Notes under the pieces: generated by a model
The model's input: only the letters and a program-made list of their open reading frames with translations
Database searches by the model: none
Told to the model about the DNA's origin: nothing
Shown here: in pieces, positions 63,560 to 64,000 of the stretch
Layout: every line of letters starts with the position of its first letter
How positions within the stretch are numbered: the stretch's first letter is position 1
Position numbers and translations under genes: made by a program
NCBI RefSeq assembly: GCF_964204645.1
Contig: NC_134030.1
Location: 13,572,656 to 13,636,655 of the forward strand
Source: Tubulanus polymorphus
Taxonomy: Eukaryota; Animalia; Nemertea
DNA length: 64,000 nucleotides
Direction of reading: 5' to 3'

Positions 63560-64000
63560 TTACGCAACTACGCATTTTTTCATTGATAGTTCTCTATTTT
63601 CAAAGAAGGCGCAATAACCTTGAGGTAGGAGATCATTTATTAAATGGCTGTCGACGTCATCAGTTTTGGTTTCAGAAACGCAAAGAAAGTCAAAATTTTT
63701 CGTATATTCCACAAAGTCCGGTTTCGTTAATTTAGATAGTAGTCCGCACACATTGATGGCACCTATCTTAAAGTTGGTCTCATCGATATCCTACTTCGTG
63801 TCCATGGGCGTTATCAGTTTATGCTCTTTCCCGTCAATAATGAGTTTATCGCATACAAATACAGCCTTTTTTCCATTAGCTTTCGCATTCCGATACGTCG
63901 GAATCAGTGATCTCCTCTTATCCTGCTACTCCTTCGGGAGTTGTTCCGAAATACCGAAGTTTTTTCCCTTGAGTTTATTCGCTGAAGATCTAACAGTTTC
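63560..64000 (-). mobile_element. LINE (CR1/L2-group-like) fragment: ORF1 C-terminus and start of the ORF2 AP endonuclease
   Basis: ORF1-like FGISEQLPKE...DKLIIDGK; APE-like KIGAINVCGL...FDFLCVSETK; similarity ends near 63570. Confidence 0.75.

Overview
Eukaryotic, most likely marine-invertebrate, genomic DNA made almost entirely of nested mobile elements; I see no host protein-coding gene. (1) A 21-kb Polinton/Maverick (adintovirus-like endogenous virus) at 13456-34423 has 300-bp TIRs, AG...CT termini and a 6-bp GATACA TSD. It encodes pPolB, a putative SSB, minor and major capsid proteins, a DDE integrase, an NCLDV-type HNH protein and many small membrane proteins. It sits inside the protease region of (2) a decayed minus-strand Ty3/Gypsy retrotransposon whose integrase has a hidden chromodomain-like tail. 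The Polinton itself carries a 2.3-kb solo-LTR-like insert and a complex rearrangement: a 672-bp inverted copy of the Gypsy RT, a 3.7-kb self-duplication, and templated filler at two of the three junctions. Fragments of two further related Polintons lie at 5.5-8.1 kb and 0.8-1.7 kb. (3) A Helentron at about 45.6-61.3 kb (minus strand) encodes a C76-like peptidase/Rep/Pif1 helicase/AP-endonuclease polyprotein with two lesions, plus an intact three-exon RPA-like gene. (4) The rest is non-autonomous Helentron-like elements (HINEs), MITEs, tandem arrays and a LINE ORF1/ORF2 junction. The most novel-looking signals are a poxvirus-late-promoter-like TAAATG at almost every Polinton gene start, a 31-bp GC-rich hairpin motif at three sites in the Polinton (in frame inside two unrelated genes), a double-ended left terminus, and a rich set of membrane proteins. 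All family assignments come from motif recognition, not database searches.
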